A DNA stretch of 64,000 nucleotides, taken from positions 64,001-128,000 of IMG/VR virus record IMGVR_UViG_3300035665_003403; one strand, 5' to 3'. This DNA comes from a virus. The number at the start of each line of letters is the position of its first letter. Position 1 is the first letter of the stretch. Shown in pieces: positions 18,641-29,075 of this stretch. The position numbers and the translations under genes are program-made. The notes under the pieces were generated by a model, which searched no databases, was not told the DNA's origin, and saw nothing but the letters and a program-made list of their open reading frames with translations.

Positions 18641-19433
18641 ATTTATGAGTTGGATTAAAAATAAAATATTTGGTTTGATGTTAGCCACAGCTAATGTTGA
18701 AAAAAAAACATTTTCACAAAATGTTGCATCAGTGGAACCAGAATCAACTCAAGAGGTTGGTAAGAATCAAATAAATGTCATAAACTCTTTGATGAATTCG
18801 GAAATAACTGAAGAAGTTAAGGATTTACGATGGAGATTTTATAAGACTGTTGGTGCCCAAATAAATTATGATTTAGGTAAAGTAGATTTAGGTAAGATTA
18901 AAGTAGATTCGTTTGACCCATATCCATTGGAGTTATTAATAAACGTTAAAACTTTATCAGATAAAGTTGGTGATGAATTTCCAACAGAAAATCTTAGTAA
19001 TCAAGAATTTAATAAAGGGTTGAATGTTGATTCGAATATTAATATCACCTATAATTCCATACCTAAATTTGATTTGACTAATTTTGTTAAAAAAATAATG
19101 GTAAGAAGAATTCATGATAAGTCTAAATTGATTGAATTACATATCCCAAAAGAAGGTAGGTCGGAAAATAGAACGACAAATTTCCTTATGAGTGAACTTA
19201 AAAAGTTAACAGAAAACCCTAGGTTCAGCAACATAACAGATGTTTCTAGTATTGAAGCTTTATTGGATATAAGATTCTTAGAAATGAAAATCGTCAAGTT
19301 TGATAAAATAGTTGAATTCAATGGTAATTTCGTTATAAAATTCATAGGAAGTATAAGTAAAGATGAGTCTATTGTTGAAAAATACAAGCAGATTGAATTG
19401 GAAGAAAGATATAATAATAAAGAGGCTAGATGA
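18615..19433 (+). CDS. Hypothetical protein
   Basis: 272-aa ORF in the operon. Confidence 0.7.
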   Translation: MNIVKLLNKFMSWIKNKIFGLMLATANVEKKTFSQNVASVEPESTQEVGKNQINVINSLMNSEITEEVKDLRWRFYKTVGAQINYDLGKVDLGKIKVDSFDPYPLELLINVKTLSDKVGDEFPTENLSNQEFNKGLNVDSNINITYNSIPKFDLTNFVKKIMVRRIHDKSKLIELHIPKEGRSENRTTNFLMSELKKLTENPRFSNITDVSSIEALLDIRFLEMKIVKFDKIVEFNGNFVIKFIGSISKDESIVEKYKQIELEERYNNKEAR

Positions 19434-20218
19434 GCAAGATAAAGATTTTAACTGGTTGGTCAAATAAGGGTGGGTCAACAACCGCATTTATTAGATTAAC
19501 AAATGCGTTAAATAAGCATGGGTTAGATGTTACATTATATGGTCCACACGATTACCATTTAGATAAATGTAAGTCAGATATTCTAAATAATTTTATTGCT
19601 GAACCAGATGATATTGTTATAGTTCACTTTTTAAGATTACCAGAAAGACCCAAGGTTAAAAAAGTAATCTTAGCGTGTCATGAAAAAGATTTATTCAAGG
19701 TTGGTGAAATTAGACAATTTTGGGATGTTGTAGTATTTTTAAATGAAAGACATAGAGAATACCATAAATCTTATACTAATAAGTTCACAATCATTCCTAA
19801 TTTAAAAGAAGTTATTCCAGTTAAATTAAGAGATGAAGATGGTGATTATATTGCTGGGATAATAGGGTCTTTTGATGAAAACAAACAAACTCATGTATCA
19901 ATACAACGAGCATTACATGATGGTTGTGATAAGGTTTATTTGTTTGGTGACCCAAACACTGAATATTTTAATTCAAAGATAAAACCCTTATTAAGTGATA
20001 AGGTTATTTTGAAAGGGTTTATGGAAAGCAAAGAAGATATGTATTCTTTGATAGATTGTGTTTATCATTCATCATTAAGTGAAGTTGCTTGTTTAGTCAA
20101 AGATGAATGTGAAGCCTTGGATATCCCATTTAATGGTAATCAAGCAACCTCCACCCCAGTTAGTCAACTATCAAATGATGAAGTAATAAATTTATGGGTT
20201 AAACTATTTGAATCATGA
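19430..20218 (+). CDS. GT-B (GT4-like) glycosyltransferase
   Basis: GGSTTAF..LTNAL..HG.DVTLY, IIPN, GSFDENK, HSSLSE..CLV..E. Confidence 0.75.
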   Translation: MSKIKILTGWSNKGGSTTAFIRLTNALNKHGLDVTLYGPHDYHLDKCKSDILNNFIAEPDDIVIVHFLRLPERPKVKKVILACHEKDLFKVGEIRQFWDVVVFLNERHREYHKSYTNKFTIIPNLKEVIPVKLRDEDGDYIAGIIGSFDENKQTHVSIQRALHDGCDKVYLFGDPNTEYFNSKIKPLLSDKVILKGFMESKEDMYSLIDCVYHSSLSEVACLVKDECEALDIPFNGNQATSTPVSQLSNDEVINLWVKLFES

Positions 20219-20712
20219 TAATAGGTGGTGGTGATATAGCTAAAGTATTAGTTGATAGAAATGACTTGACATTTTTTGCGTCTGGAGTTTCAAATAGTAA
20301 GTGTATTGATGATAATGAATTTATTAGAGAGGTAAATTTATTATTGGACGTTAAATGTAAACACTTAGTTTATTTTTCAACATTATCTATCTACGACAAA
20401 GATACTCCTTATACTAATCATAAATTATTTATGGAAGATTTGGTGAGACAATTTGATACATATACGATAATAAGACTCGGTAATATTACTTGGGGAGATA
20501 ACCCAAACACGATAATAAATTATTTTAAAAATAACGAGTGTACCGAATTAAAAAATGAGTACAAGTATCTTTGTTCATTAGATGAATTTAAATATTGGAT
20601 TTCAAAAATACCAAAATTTTCAACAGAAATGAATATAACAGGTAGTAGAATTCATACCTATGATTTATACCAACAAATAAAAACAAATTCGCCACGATGG
20701 TTAAACCAATAG
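20215..20712 (+). CDS. Short NAD-dependent epimerase/dehydratase-like protein
   Basis: MIIGGGDIA, FFASGVSNS, LVYFST.SIY, PYTNHK (YxxxK), IIRLGN. Confidence 0.7.
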   Translation: MIIGGGDIAKVLVDRNDLTFFASGVSNSKCIDDNEFIREVNLLLDVKCKHLVYFSTLSIYDKDTPYTNHKLFMEDLVRQFDTYTIIRLGNITWGDNPNTIINYFKNNECTELKNEYKYLCSLDEFKYWISKIPKFSTEMNITGSRIHTYDLYQQIKTNSPRWLNQ

Positions 20713-21440
20713 TTCATGCATTCTTTCTTTGTTATAATGAAGAAAATATATTACCACACTTAATAAAACACTATTCTTCATTCTGTGAAAAAATAGTCAT
20801 ACTAGATAATAACTCAACAGACAATAGTGTTGCAATAGCTGAGTCATTCGTTAATACTGAAGTTATTCCTTTTTCATCAAACAATGAATTTCATGATGGT
20901 ATCCATATTAATTTAAAAAATAACGTTTGGCGTTCAAGTGTAGGTGAGGCTGATTTTGTTATATTAGGTGATGCTGATGAGTTTTTATACCATGAAAATA
21001 TGGTTGATTTTTTAATTGAAGCTAAAAAAAATGGTATATCATTTTTCATACCAGAAGGTTACCACATGGTTGCTGATTTGGAGTTAGATTTAAAAAAAGA
21101 TGATAACATTTTAGATTTAATAAAATATGGTGTTAGAACACAAGTCCTAGATAAACCAATGATGTTTGATTGCAATAAGATAACAAACATAAATTATGGT
21201 TTTGGTTGTCACTCAGCTAACCCAGAGGGTAATATCCTAGTCTTACAAGACCCAAAACTAAAAATGTTACATTATAAATTTATTGGTATTAAGGATTACA
21301 TCTATAAAAATCAAATAAGACGTGAAAGATTGAGTCAATTTAATAAAAAAAACAATTTCGGTACTTATTATTTATTTGATGATAATGAACATACTATTGA
21401 CTATAAAAGATATTTTGATAAAAGAAGTAAAGTAATATGA
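20697..21440 (+). CDS. GT2 glycosyltransferase
   Basis: CYNEE, LDNNSTDNS, GDADEF. Confidence 0.85.
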   Translation: MVKPIVHAFFLCYNEENILPHLIKHYSSFCEKIVILDNNSTDNSVAIAESFVNTEVIPFSSNNEFHDGIHINLKNNVWRSSVGEADFVILGDADEFLYHENMVDFLIEAKKNGISFFIPEGYHMVADLELDLKKDDNILDLIKYGVRTQVLDKPMMFDCNKITNINYGFGCHSANPEGNILVLQDPKLKMLHYKFIGIKDYIYKNQIRRERLSQFNKKNNFGTYYLFDDNEHTIDYKRYFDKRSKVI

Positions 21441-22165
21441 AACTAATAATATTAACTGGTTTTTATAACGCAGAAAACTATATTGAAAGATGCTTAGCAT
21501 CGATAATGGCTCAATCACATTCCGATTTCACCTGCTACATAACTCACGATTTATCAACAGATAATTCTGTTAATTTGGTTAAAGAAATGATTGAAGGTGA
21601 TGATAGATTCATATTGGTACCCGATAACGATAAAAAATTATATCAAGCTGGTAATTTTGATACCGTTATTAGAAATAACCCAAACATTGATGATAATGAT
21701 GTTATTATTGAAGTGGATGGTGATGATGTATTACCACATTCAAATGTATTTTCGTATTTACATGATGTTTATCTAAACGATAATATTTGGATTACAAATG
21801 GTTCATTTAAGTACACCAATGGACAACCAGGGTTCTCTTCAAAACAAGTTATAGATGATAAATTAAGGTATGCTGAAATGACTTGTTCACATATTAGAAC
21901 CTGGCGAGCTTTTTTATGGAGAGCAATCAAAGAAGAAGACTTAAAAGATGAAAATGGTGATTATTGGCAATGGAGTGGTGATTTATGTTTCATGTTTCCT
22001 ATGTTAGAAATGGCCACTGATGAACACTATAGGTTTATTGATGAAACACTTTACCTATATAATGGTGATAACCCAATAAACGAACATAAAGTTGATATTG
22101 GTATGGTAATCAACCACGCTGAACGAATAAGAGCTAAAAACCCATACCAAAAATTAATTAGATGA
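21437..22165 (+). CDS. GT2 glycosyltransferase
   Basis: YNAENYIERCL.SI..Q, HDLSTDNS, VDGDD. Confidence 0.9.
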   Translation: MKLIILTGFYNAENYIERCLASIMAQSHSDFTCYITHDLSTDNSVNLVKEMIEGDDRFILVPDNDKKLYQAGNFDTVIRNNPNIDDNDVIIEVDGDDVLPHSNVFSYLHDVYLNDNIWITNGSFKYTNGQPGFSSKQVIDDKLRYAEMTCSHIRTWRAFLWRAIKEEDLKDENGDYWQWSGDLCFMFPMLEMATDEHYRFIDETLYLYNGDNPINEHKVDIGMVINHAERIRAKNPYQKLIR

Positions 22166-22929
22166 TATCATGTGAACTACAGGGTGGCTTATCTAATCAA
22201 TTATTTCAAATAGCCACAACACATGCGTTAGCTGAAACTAATAATGACATTGCTGGATTTGATTTAAACGCATGTTACACCCCAAATCAAGGTAACCCAT
22301 CAAAAAACTACACCAACAGCATCTTAAGTAAGATTAATCATGTTGACAACCCATATTATAGGGTAGCTTATAATGAACCATATTTTTCGTACAATGAAAT
22401 ACCATATGTTACTGACTTAAAACTACGTGGTTATTTTCAATCGTATAAATATTTCAAAGATATTGACGTGCATGATTTATTCCCATTCGATTTAGATACA
22501 AAGAATAAAATATTCAATTACTTAGAAAATAATTTTGGGGTTAACCCAGTAACTTCAGTTCATGTTAGAAGAGGTGATTACTTAAAAAATCCAGATTTTC
22601 ACACTAATTTACCTATAGAATATTATAAAGAAGCTATGGATATTATTGGTGATAGTTTCTTTATTTTCGTATCTGATGACATAAATTGGGTTAAAGAAAA
22701 CTTTGTTGGTGATAATATATTTTACTCACCATTTAATACTGATGTTGAAGACTTATTTCTAATGAGTCAATGTGATAACAATATAATTGCCAACAGTAGC
22801 TTTAGTTGGTGGGGTGCTTATTTAAATAAAAATATTGGCAATAAAGTCGTTTCACCAAAGAATTGGTTTGGTAAATTAGGACCAAAAGATACTCAAGATT
22901 TGATTCCAGATAATTGGATAACGATTTAA
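22162..22929 (+). CDS. GT11 alpha-1,2-fucosyltransferase-like
   Basis: GGLSNQLFQ, GYFQS, HVRRGDY, SDD, NSSFSWWGAYL. Confidence 0.92.
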   Translation: MISCELQGGLSNQLFQIATTHALAETNNDIAGFDLNACYTPNQGNPSKNYTNSILSKINHVDNPYYRVAYNEPYFSYNEIPYVTDLKLRGYFQSYKYFKDIDVHDLFPFDLDTKNKIFNYLENNFGVNPVTSVHVRRGDYLKNPDFHTNLPIEYYKEAMDIIGDSFFIFVSDDINWVKENFVGDNIFYSPFNTDVEDLFLMSQCDNNIIANSSFSWWGAYLNKNIGNKVVSPKNWFGKLGPKDTQDLIPDNWITI

Positions 22930-22932
22930 ATA

Positions 22933-22961
22933 TTTACTTATTAAATTTTATTTAGTAAATT
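22933..22961 (+). promoter_or_regulatory. Internal promoter TTTACT-N17-TAAATT
   Basis: Same class as the 12381 and 17503 elements; heads the AT-richer sub-block. Confidence 0.5.
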
Positions 22962-22980
22962 TATTTAAAACTAACAAATT

Positions 22981-23691
22981 ATGAATAAACCATTTTTTAC
23001 AATAGCTATACCGACTTATGAAATGGGTGATGTTGGTGTTAATTTTTTAGCGAATAGTTTTAATCTTATAAAAAAACAAACTTTTACCGATTTTGAAGTT
23101 GTTATTTCTGACCATTCAAAAAATGATGATATTAAAAATTTATGTGAAGAATATATTAATTTTTTTAAAATAAATTACATTAAAAACGAAAACAATCTAG
23201 GTTCATCATCTGCAAATTTGAATAATGCTATATTAAACGCTAAAGGACAAGTTATTAAAATTTTATTTCAAGATGACTTTTTTTTTGATGAATTTTCATT
23301 AGAAAATACCGCATCAAACTTTGATATTAAAGTAGATAAATGGTTAGTTAGTCGTTGTGAACACACATTTGATGGCTCAACATTTATTAGAGATTTTACA
23401 CCTAGATATAACGAAATGATTTATACTGGAAATAATACAATAAGTTCACCATCTGTTTTATCTATTTTAAATGATAACCCCATTTTATTTGATGAAAATT
23501 TAATAAACTTAATGGATTGTGAATATTATAAACGTTGTTATGATAAATTTGGTTTACCAAAAATTTTAGACAAAATAACAATTGTAAACAGAATGGGTGA
23601 ACACCAAATAACCAATTCAAAATTGACTGATGAGATAAGACAAAAAGAATTAAATTACGTAACAAAAAAAATATATGATAAAACTTCCTAA
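22981..23691 (+). CDS. GT2 glycosyltransferase
   Basis: IAIPTY, QTFTDFEVVISDHS, LFQDD, ISSPS, MDCEY. Confidence 0.9.
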   Translation: MNKPFFTIAIPTYEMGDVGVNFLANSFNLIKKQTFTDFEVVISDHSKNDDIKNLCEEYINFFKINYIKNENNLGSSSANLNNAILNAKGQVIKILFQDDFFFDEFSLENTASNFDIKVDKWLVSRCEHTFDGSTFIRDFTPRYNEMIYTGNNTISSPSVLSILNDNPILFDENLINLMDCEYYKRCYDKFGLPKILDKITIVNRMGEHQITNSKLTDEIRQKELNYVTKKIYDKTS

Positions 23692-24298
23692 TGTAACTTT
23701 GGTATCTGTTAGTTCTGTTAAAATTACTGAAACTATCGAAGCCATTAATAAATCTATGGAAAATATTGAATTTTACGATACAATATTAATAAGCCATGAA
23801 AAACCAAATTATTTACCTAATAATATTAATTTTATTCAATGCGCTAAAATAAATAATATTGACGAGTATAGTAAATTTATGCTTTTTGATTTGACTAATC
23901 ACATAAAATCAGATTTTGTTTTAGTCGTTCAATATGATGGTTATGTATTAAGACCAAATAAATGGTCTAATGAATTTTTTAAATACGATTACATAGGTGC
24001 CCCTTGGCCAAAAAATGTTCATTATAATGGTGATTTAAATATTAGAGTAGGTAATGGTGGGTTTAGTTTTAGAAGTAAAAAGTTATTAGATGTTATGAAT
24101 ACCAATAACTTACCATTTACCGATAATGGAACTGGGTTTTTTAATGAGGATGGTGTTATTTGTAATTACCACAGAAAAACATTAGAAAATATCGGGATAA
24201 AATTTGCAACACCAGAAATAGCTTCTATGTTTAGTTATGAATCACAATGTGATGAAAGTGTACAAGAACCTTTTGGTTTTCATAAATATAAAAAATAA
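23675..24298 (+). CDS. DUF5672-like putative glycosyltransferase
   Basis: VQYDG, YDYIGAPW, VGNGGFSFRS, NED, PFGFH. Confidence 0.8.
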   Translation: MIKLPNVTLVSVSSVKITETIEAINKSMENIEFYDTILISHEKPNYLPNNINFIQCAKINNIDEYSKFMLFDLTNHIKSDFVLVVQYDGYVLRPNKWSNEFFKYDYIGAPWPKNVHYNGDLNIRVGNGGFSFRSKKLLDVMNTNNLPFTDNGTGFFNEDGVICNYHRKTLENIGIKFATPEIASMFSYESQCDESVQEPFGFHKYKK

Positions 24299-24303
24299 AT
24301 AAT

Positions 24304-24924
24304 ATGAATAAATTAGAAATTAAAAAATTAATAAATAAAGAAAACCCCATGATTTTTGAAATAGGTTGTGCGGATGGTGGTGATACATTAGAATTCATAA
24401 ATACATTTAACGATTTAGAAATCTATTGTTTTGAACCAGAACCAAAAAATATAAAACTAGTCAAAGAAAAAATTAATTATCCAAAACATCATTTATTTGA
24501 AGGTGTTATTTCGGATGTTAATGGTGAACTAATATTTAATCGTTCCAGAACTGATAACCCAAATGACTTATCTTATTCTGGTAGTATTAAAAAACCAAAA
24601 GAACATTTAAACGAATGGTCTTTTATTAAATTTGATGAGCAAATTACCGTTAAATCAATTACTTTAGATAAATTTTGTGAAGATAAAAAAATAAACTTAA
24701 TTGATTTTATTTGGGCTGACGTACAAGGGGCTGAGGAAAATTTAATAATTGGTGGGTTAAATACATTAAACAGAAATGTTAGATATTTTTACACTGAATA
24801 TTCTAATAAAGAATATTATGAAGGTCAATTAAAATTAGAATCTTTATTAAAATTAATGGGTAATAATTGGGAATTAATAAAAGATTTTGGTTCTGATGTT
24901 TTGTTAAAAAATAAAACTTTATGA
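24304..24924 (+). CDS. FkbM-family O-methyltransferase
   Basis: EIGCADG, FEP, TLD.F, IDFIWADVQGAE. Confidence 0.9.
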   Translation: MNKLEIKKLINKENPMIFEIGCADGGDTLEFINTFNDLEIYCFEPEPKNIKLVKEKINYPKHHLFEGVISDVNGELIFNRSRTDNPNDLSYSGSIKKPKEHLNEWSFIKFDEQITVKSITLDKFCEDKKINLIDFIWADVQGAEENLIIGGLNTLNRNVRYFYTEYSNKEYYEGQLKLESLLKLMGNNWELIKDFGSDVLLKNKTL

Positions 24925-25910
24925 TACACATTTTTACTTATGCACATAAAAGACCAGATTTTATAAAAATACAATATGAATCCATTAAAAAATATGTTAT
25001 AGGGGAATACGAATATGTGGTGTTTAATAATGCAATTGATTCAATGCAACAACATAATGACATAAAAAAAATATGTGATGAACTAAATATTAAATGCGTT
25101 GATATCATTATCGACAATGACATTACATCTAAATTAATTATGGGTCATATATATAACAACACCTATAGTAATGCAAATGTAGGTACTTCTTACCCTATTA
25201 TGTATACATTTAAAAATTATTTAACCAGCGAATCAAAAATTTGTATAATAGATTCAGACATGTTTTTCATTAATAATATTAATTTTAATGAAGTAATGAA
25301 AAACAAAGACGCATTATATATACCTCAATATAGGGATAATAATAATTTAAAATATATGTGGAATGCGTTTGTATGTTTAAATTTTGAACGAAACGAATTA
25401 TTGAAAAATTTAGATTGGAATTGTGATTATGTTGGTAATATCGGTTTAGATGTTGGTGGTAAAACCAGACATTTTTTGGTTGAAAATAAATTAGATATTT
25501 CAATAATGGAAGAATATAGTATTTATGATTACATAGATGACGGCTCAACCAAAAAAATACATTTTATATTAAACGGTAATATAAATTATAATTTAGTTTT
25601 AGACCAAAATAATAATTTATTATCATTTACACACATAGGTGGTGATAAACTTTTTGATAATAAATCATTTCCACACGAACCAGAATTTTCAAATTATTCG
25701 TCATATATACTAAACAAAACACTTAAAATATTAGAAATTTTCGATAATTATGGTGTCAATTTACCTAACCCAAAACACATAGGATTTATTGGTTTTATGG
25801 GTAGTGATGATTATTTTATAATTCATTATAAATCTGGTTCAAACTATTTAGGGTTCAGCACTAACGAATACAATATTAAAAAAACAAACGAAATAAAAAA
25901 AATATTATGA
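24921..25910 (+). CDS. Putative GT-A glycosyltransferase
   Basis: RPDFIKIQ, IIDSDMF (DxD), DVGG; cluster context. Confidence 0.6.
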   Translation: MIHIFTYAHKRPDFIKIQYESIKKYVIGEYEYVVFNNAIDSMQQHNDIKKICDELNIKCVDIIIDNDITSKLIMGHIYNNTYSNANVGTSYPIMYTFKNYLTSESKICIIDSDMFFINNINFNEVMKNKDALYIPQYRDNNNLKYMWNAFVCLNFERNELLKNLDWNCDYVGNIGLDVGGKTRHFLVENKLDISIMEEYSIYDYIDDGSTKKIHFILNGNINYNLVLDQNNNLLSFTHIGGDKLFDNKSFPHEPEFSNYSSYILNKTLKILEIFDNYGVNLPNPKHIGFIGFMGSDDYFIIHYKSGSNYLGFSTNEYNIKKTNEIKKIL

Positions 25911-26848
25911 TAGTAACAGAATTATATAATGGTCAAGGATTAGGAAATCAATTATGGTGTTACGTTGTTACTAGGTTAATTGCTGACACTAATGGTTATG
26001 ATTTTGGTATAATGTCTTTAGATAAATTTAAAGGTAAAGAATTTATGGATTTAGATTTTGGTAAAACGGTTACAGGTGGTTCTGGCCCAGAAGGTGGCCC
26101 ACCAACAACTTTACCAGATGGAATATTAAATTACTATAAAGAGAATCTAGTAAGACATCCATTTAGCGGTTTAGATATTTCACCTAAAGATAACTTATTA
26201 TTAACAATTTCAGATGACACAAAAGTTGATGGAACTATGCAATCTTTTGAGTATGTTAAAAATTATAAAGATAAAATAGTTGGGTATTTAAAAATAAAAA
26301 AAGATAAACAAATTTTAGATTATAGTTATGATAACATTTGTGTTATACATATTAGGGGTGGTGATTTTAAAAATAGTTCGGCAATGTTATATTCTAATTA
26401 TTATACCAATGCAATGAATTATTTTAAAATGAAAAATAATGATATGGTATTTTATATTGTAACAGATGATTTTAATACAGCTAAACAAATATTACCAAAC
26501 GTTGAAATAATAGGTTCTTCTACAACTAATTATACTGATTCTAATAAAGCCAATCACCATTTAGGCGGTCCAATTTGGATTGATTATTCAATATTAAACA
26601 ACGCAAAAAATATAATTATATCAGCATCAAGCTTTAGTTGGTGGCCAGTATGGACAAACCGTAATAACCCTAATGTTATAGCACCAAAATATTGGGCGGC
26701 ACATAAAACTAATGCTGGATATTGGTCTTGTGGTGAGTCATTAGTTGAAGGGTGGAATTATTTGGATACTGAGGGTAAACTATTTACACACGATGAATGT
26801 TTATTAGAATATAACAAATATAAAAAAGAAAATGAATATGGATATTAA
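25907..26848 (+). CDS. GT11-like glycosyltransferase
   Basis: GQGLGNQLW, HIRGGDF, VTDD, SSFSWW. Confidence 0.85.
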   Translation: MIVTELYNGQGLGNQLWCYVVTRLIADTNGYDFGIMSLDKFKGKEFMDLDFGKTVTGGSGPEGGPPTTLPDGILNYYKENLVRHPFSGLDISPKDNLLLTISDDTKVDGTMQSFEYVKNYKDKIVGYLKIKKDKQILDYSYDNICVIHIRGGDFKNSSAMLYSNYYTNAMNYFKMKNNDMVFYIVTDDFNTAKQILPNVEIIGSSTTNYTDSNKANHHLGGPIWIDYSILNNAKNIIISASSFSWWPVWTNRNNPNVIAPKYWAAHKTNAGYWSCGESLVEGWNYLDTEGKLFTHDECLLEYNKYKKENEYGY

Positions 26849-27476
26849 TGAAATATGTTTAAAATATAAAACTGATAAGTCGTCTAATTTTCATAATTAT
26901 TCTGAAAAATATGAACAATATTTTTCAAAATTAAAAAATGAAAAAATAAAAATATTAGAAATCGGTATACAAAATGGATATTCATTAAAAACTTGGTGTG
27001 AATATTTTCCAAATGCTGAAGTTTATGGTGTTGATATTGTTAATTGTTCTCACTTAGATAATGATAGGATAAAAACTTTTATTTGTAATCAGACAGATTT
27101 AGATATGCTTAACACAATAAATGAAAATTATGGTCCATTTGATATAATAATTGATGATGGTTCTCATGTTAGTAACCATATGGTTACAACTTTTAATCAT
27201 TTATTTCCATTATTAAAACCTAATGGTTTATATATAGTTGAAGATTTACATTGTTGTTATTGGTCTAATTTTAGTAGTGAAACTAAATTTATGGACAGAA
27301 TGAAAGAACTATTAGATGTTGTGAATGGAAATGGTAAATGTGGTCTGGCTGAAATTAAAAATTTAGATTCAGACAATTACTATCAAAATAAAACTAGAGG
27401 TGAAATGGATTGGTGGGAAATGAATATTGAATTCCTCCATCTATATAGAAGCATAGTGTTTATTAAAAAAAGATAA
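26832..27476 (+). CDS. Class I SAM sugar O-methyltransferase (MycE-like)
   Basis: TDK...HNY...Y, LEIGIQNG.SL..W, DIIIDDGSH, YIVEDL. Confidence 0.85.
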   Translation: MNMDINEICLKYKTDKSSNFHNYSEKYEQYFSKLKNEKIKILEIGIQNGYSLKTWCEYFPNAEVYGVDIVNCSHLDNDRIKTFICNQTDLDMLNTINENYGPFDIIIDDGSHVSNHMVTTFNHLFPLLKPNGLYIVEDLHCCYWSNFSSETKFMDRMKELLDVVNGNGKCGLAEIKNLDSDNYYQNKTRGEMDWWEMNIEFLHLYRSIVFIKKR

Positions 27477-27477
27477 T

Positions 27478-28314
27478 ATGAAAATTTACGATACTTTCAT
27501 CTTTTTTAATGAATTAGATTTATTAGAAATTAGATTAAATATACTTAACGATTATGTTGATTATTTTGTTTTAGTTGAGGCTACTAAAACATTTACTGGT
27601 AAGGATAAATCATTATATTACCTAGAAAATAAAGCTAGGTTTGAAAAATTTAATGATAAAATAATACACATTATAGTTAATGATATACCAGATTCTTTTA
27701 ATGAACTAACTTTAAGGGGTGGTGATGAATTAGAAAAATCTATTCATCATGATTGTTTAACTACACCTAATGTACCAAAAAATGAGGTTCATTGGTTAAG
27801 GGAATTTTACCAAAAAGAACAAATAAAACAAGGGTTAAGAAACGCTTCAGATGATGATTTTATTTACATTTCAGATTTAGATGAGATTTGGTTACCAGAC
27901 ATTAATATAGATTATAATTCAGATAAAATTTTTAGATTAAATCAAAAAGTCTACACTTACTTTTTAAATATTAGGTCATCCGAAGATTGGTTCGGAACTG
28001 TTTCAACCAAATACATTAATCTGAAAAATTATAGTGTTAATCATATTAGAACCCCCAATAGAAATAATTACGAACATGTTTATAACGCTGGTTGGCATTT
28101 TACATTTCAAGGTGGTGAATTAATGATAAAAAATAAAATAGAATCATATGGTCATCAAGAACTAAATAGAGAAGATATTAAAAATATGATTTCAAATAGG
28201 TTGGTAAACTCTATTGACATTTTTGGTAGAGGTTATGTATTAACAATGGATAATGAAAATTTACCAGAATATGTAAAAAATAATTTAAAAAAATACAAAC
28301 ATTTAATTAAATGA
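27478..28314 (+). CDS. GT17 beta-1,4-N-acetylglucosaminyltransferase-like
   Basis: YDTFIFFNELDLLEIRL, VEA..TFTG..K, SDLDEI, GWHFT. Confidence 0.9.
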   Translation: MKIYDTFIFFNELDLLEIRLNILNDYVDYFVLVEATKTFTGKDKSLYYLENKARFEKFNDKIIHIIVNDIPDSFNELTLRGGDELEKSIHHDCLTTPNVPKNEVHWLREFYQKEQIKQGLRNASDDDFIYISDLDEIWLPDINIDYNSDKIFRLNQKVYTYFLNIRSSEDWFGTVSTKYINLKNYSVNHIRTPNRNNYEHVYNAGWHFTFQGGELMIKNKIESYGHQELNREDIKNMISNRLVNSIDIFGRGYVLTMDNENLPEYVKNNLKKYKHLIK

Positions 28315-28904
28315 CAAGAACAGAAATAATTAATGGGTTAATTAAAAAAAATAATTATACATCTTATTTAGAAATTGGTGTTAATACACCAGCACAACCT
28401 GGATATAATTGGGTTGGTGTTAACATACCATTAAAACATGGTGTTGACCCTAATGTTGATACAACATACAAAATGACTTCTGATGAGTTTTTTGAAAAAC
28501 ACATAACACAAAAATATGATATAGTTTTCGTTGATGGATTACATTTACATGAACAAGTTTATAGAGATATTATTAACTCACTTAATAATTTGAATGAAAA
28601 TGGAGTTATTGTTGTACATGATTGCAATCCAGTTACTGAAATAACACAAAGAAGAGAACGTGCCAGTGATTCGTGGCATGGTGATGTATGGAAAGCTATT
28701 GTACAGTTACGCATGGAAAATTTAGAATTAGAAATTTACACAGTTAATACTGATGAAGGTTGTGGTATTATAAAAAAAGGTAAACAAGAATTATTAATTG
28801 TTAACGAAAATGAAAATTACAATGAATATAGTTTCTTAGAAAAAAATAGAGAAAAAGCTATTAATTTAATTTCTATAGAAACATTTAAAGAAAAATATTT
28901 ATAA
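28311..28904 (+). CDS. Class I SAM methyltransferase (Methyltransf_24-like)
   Basis: YLEIGV, GVDP, TSDEFF, FVDGLH, VVHDCNP, GDVWK. Confidence 0.88.
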   Translation: MTRTEIINGLIKKNNYTSYLEIGVNTPAQPGYNWVGVNIPLKHGVDPNVDTTYKMTSDEFFEKHITQKYDIVFVDGLHLHEQVYRDIINSLNNLNENGVIVVHDCNPVTEITQRRERASDSWHGDVWKAIVQLRMENLELEIYTVNTDEGCGIIKKGKQELLIVNENENYNEYSFLEKNREKAINLISIETFKEKYL

Positions 28905-28935
28905 TAAAAAAATAATATCTTATTTAGTTTTTTAA

Positions 28936-29049
28936 AAGATTAATAATGACCCATTTTTTAGGGGTTGGTTAACATTGGTAAATGTAGATAACTCATACCC
29001 AGAATATTTACTCAACAATATCGAAAAGTATGGACATATGATAAAGTAA
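28936..29049 (+). pseudogene. Start-less C-terminal relic of a second GT17 gene
   Basis: KINNDPFFRGWLTLVNVDNSYPEYLLNNIEKYGHMIK* aligns with the GT17 C-terminus DIFGRGYVLTMDNENLPEYVKNNLKKYKHLIK*. Confidence 0.75.
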
Positions 29050-29075
29050 CCATATATTTATCATAAAAAGACTTC

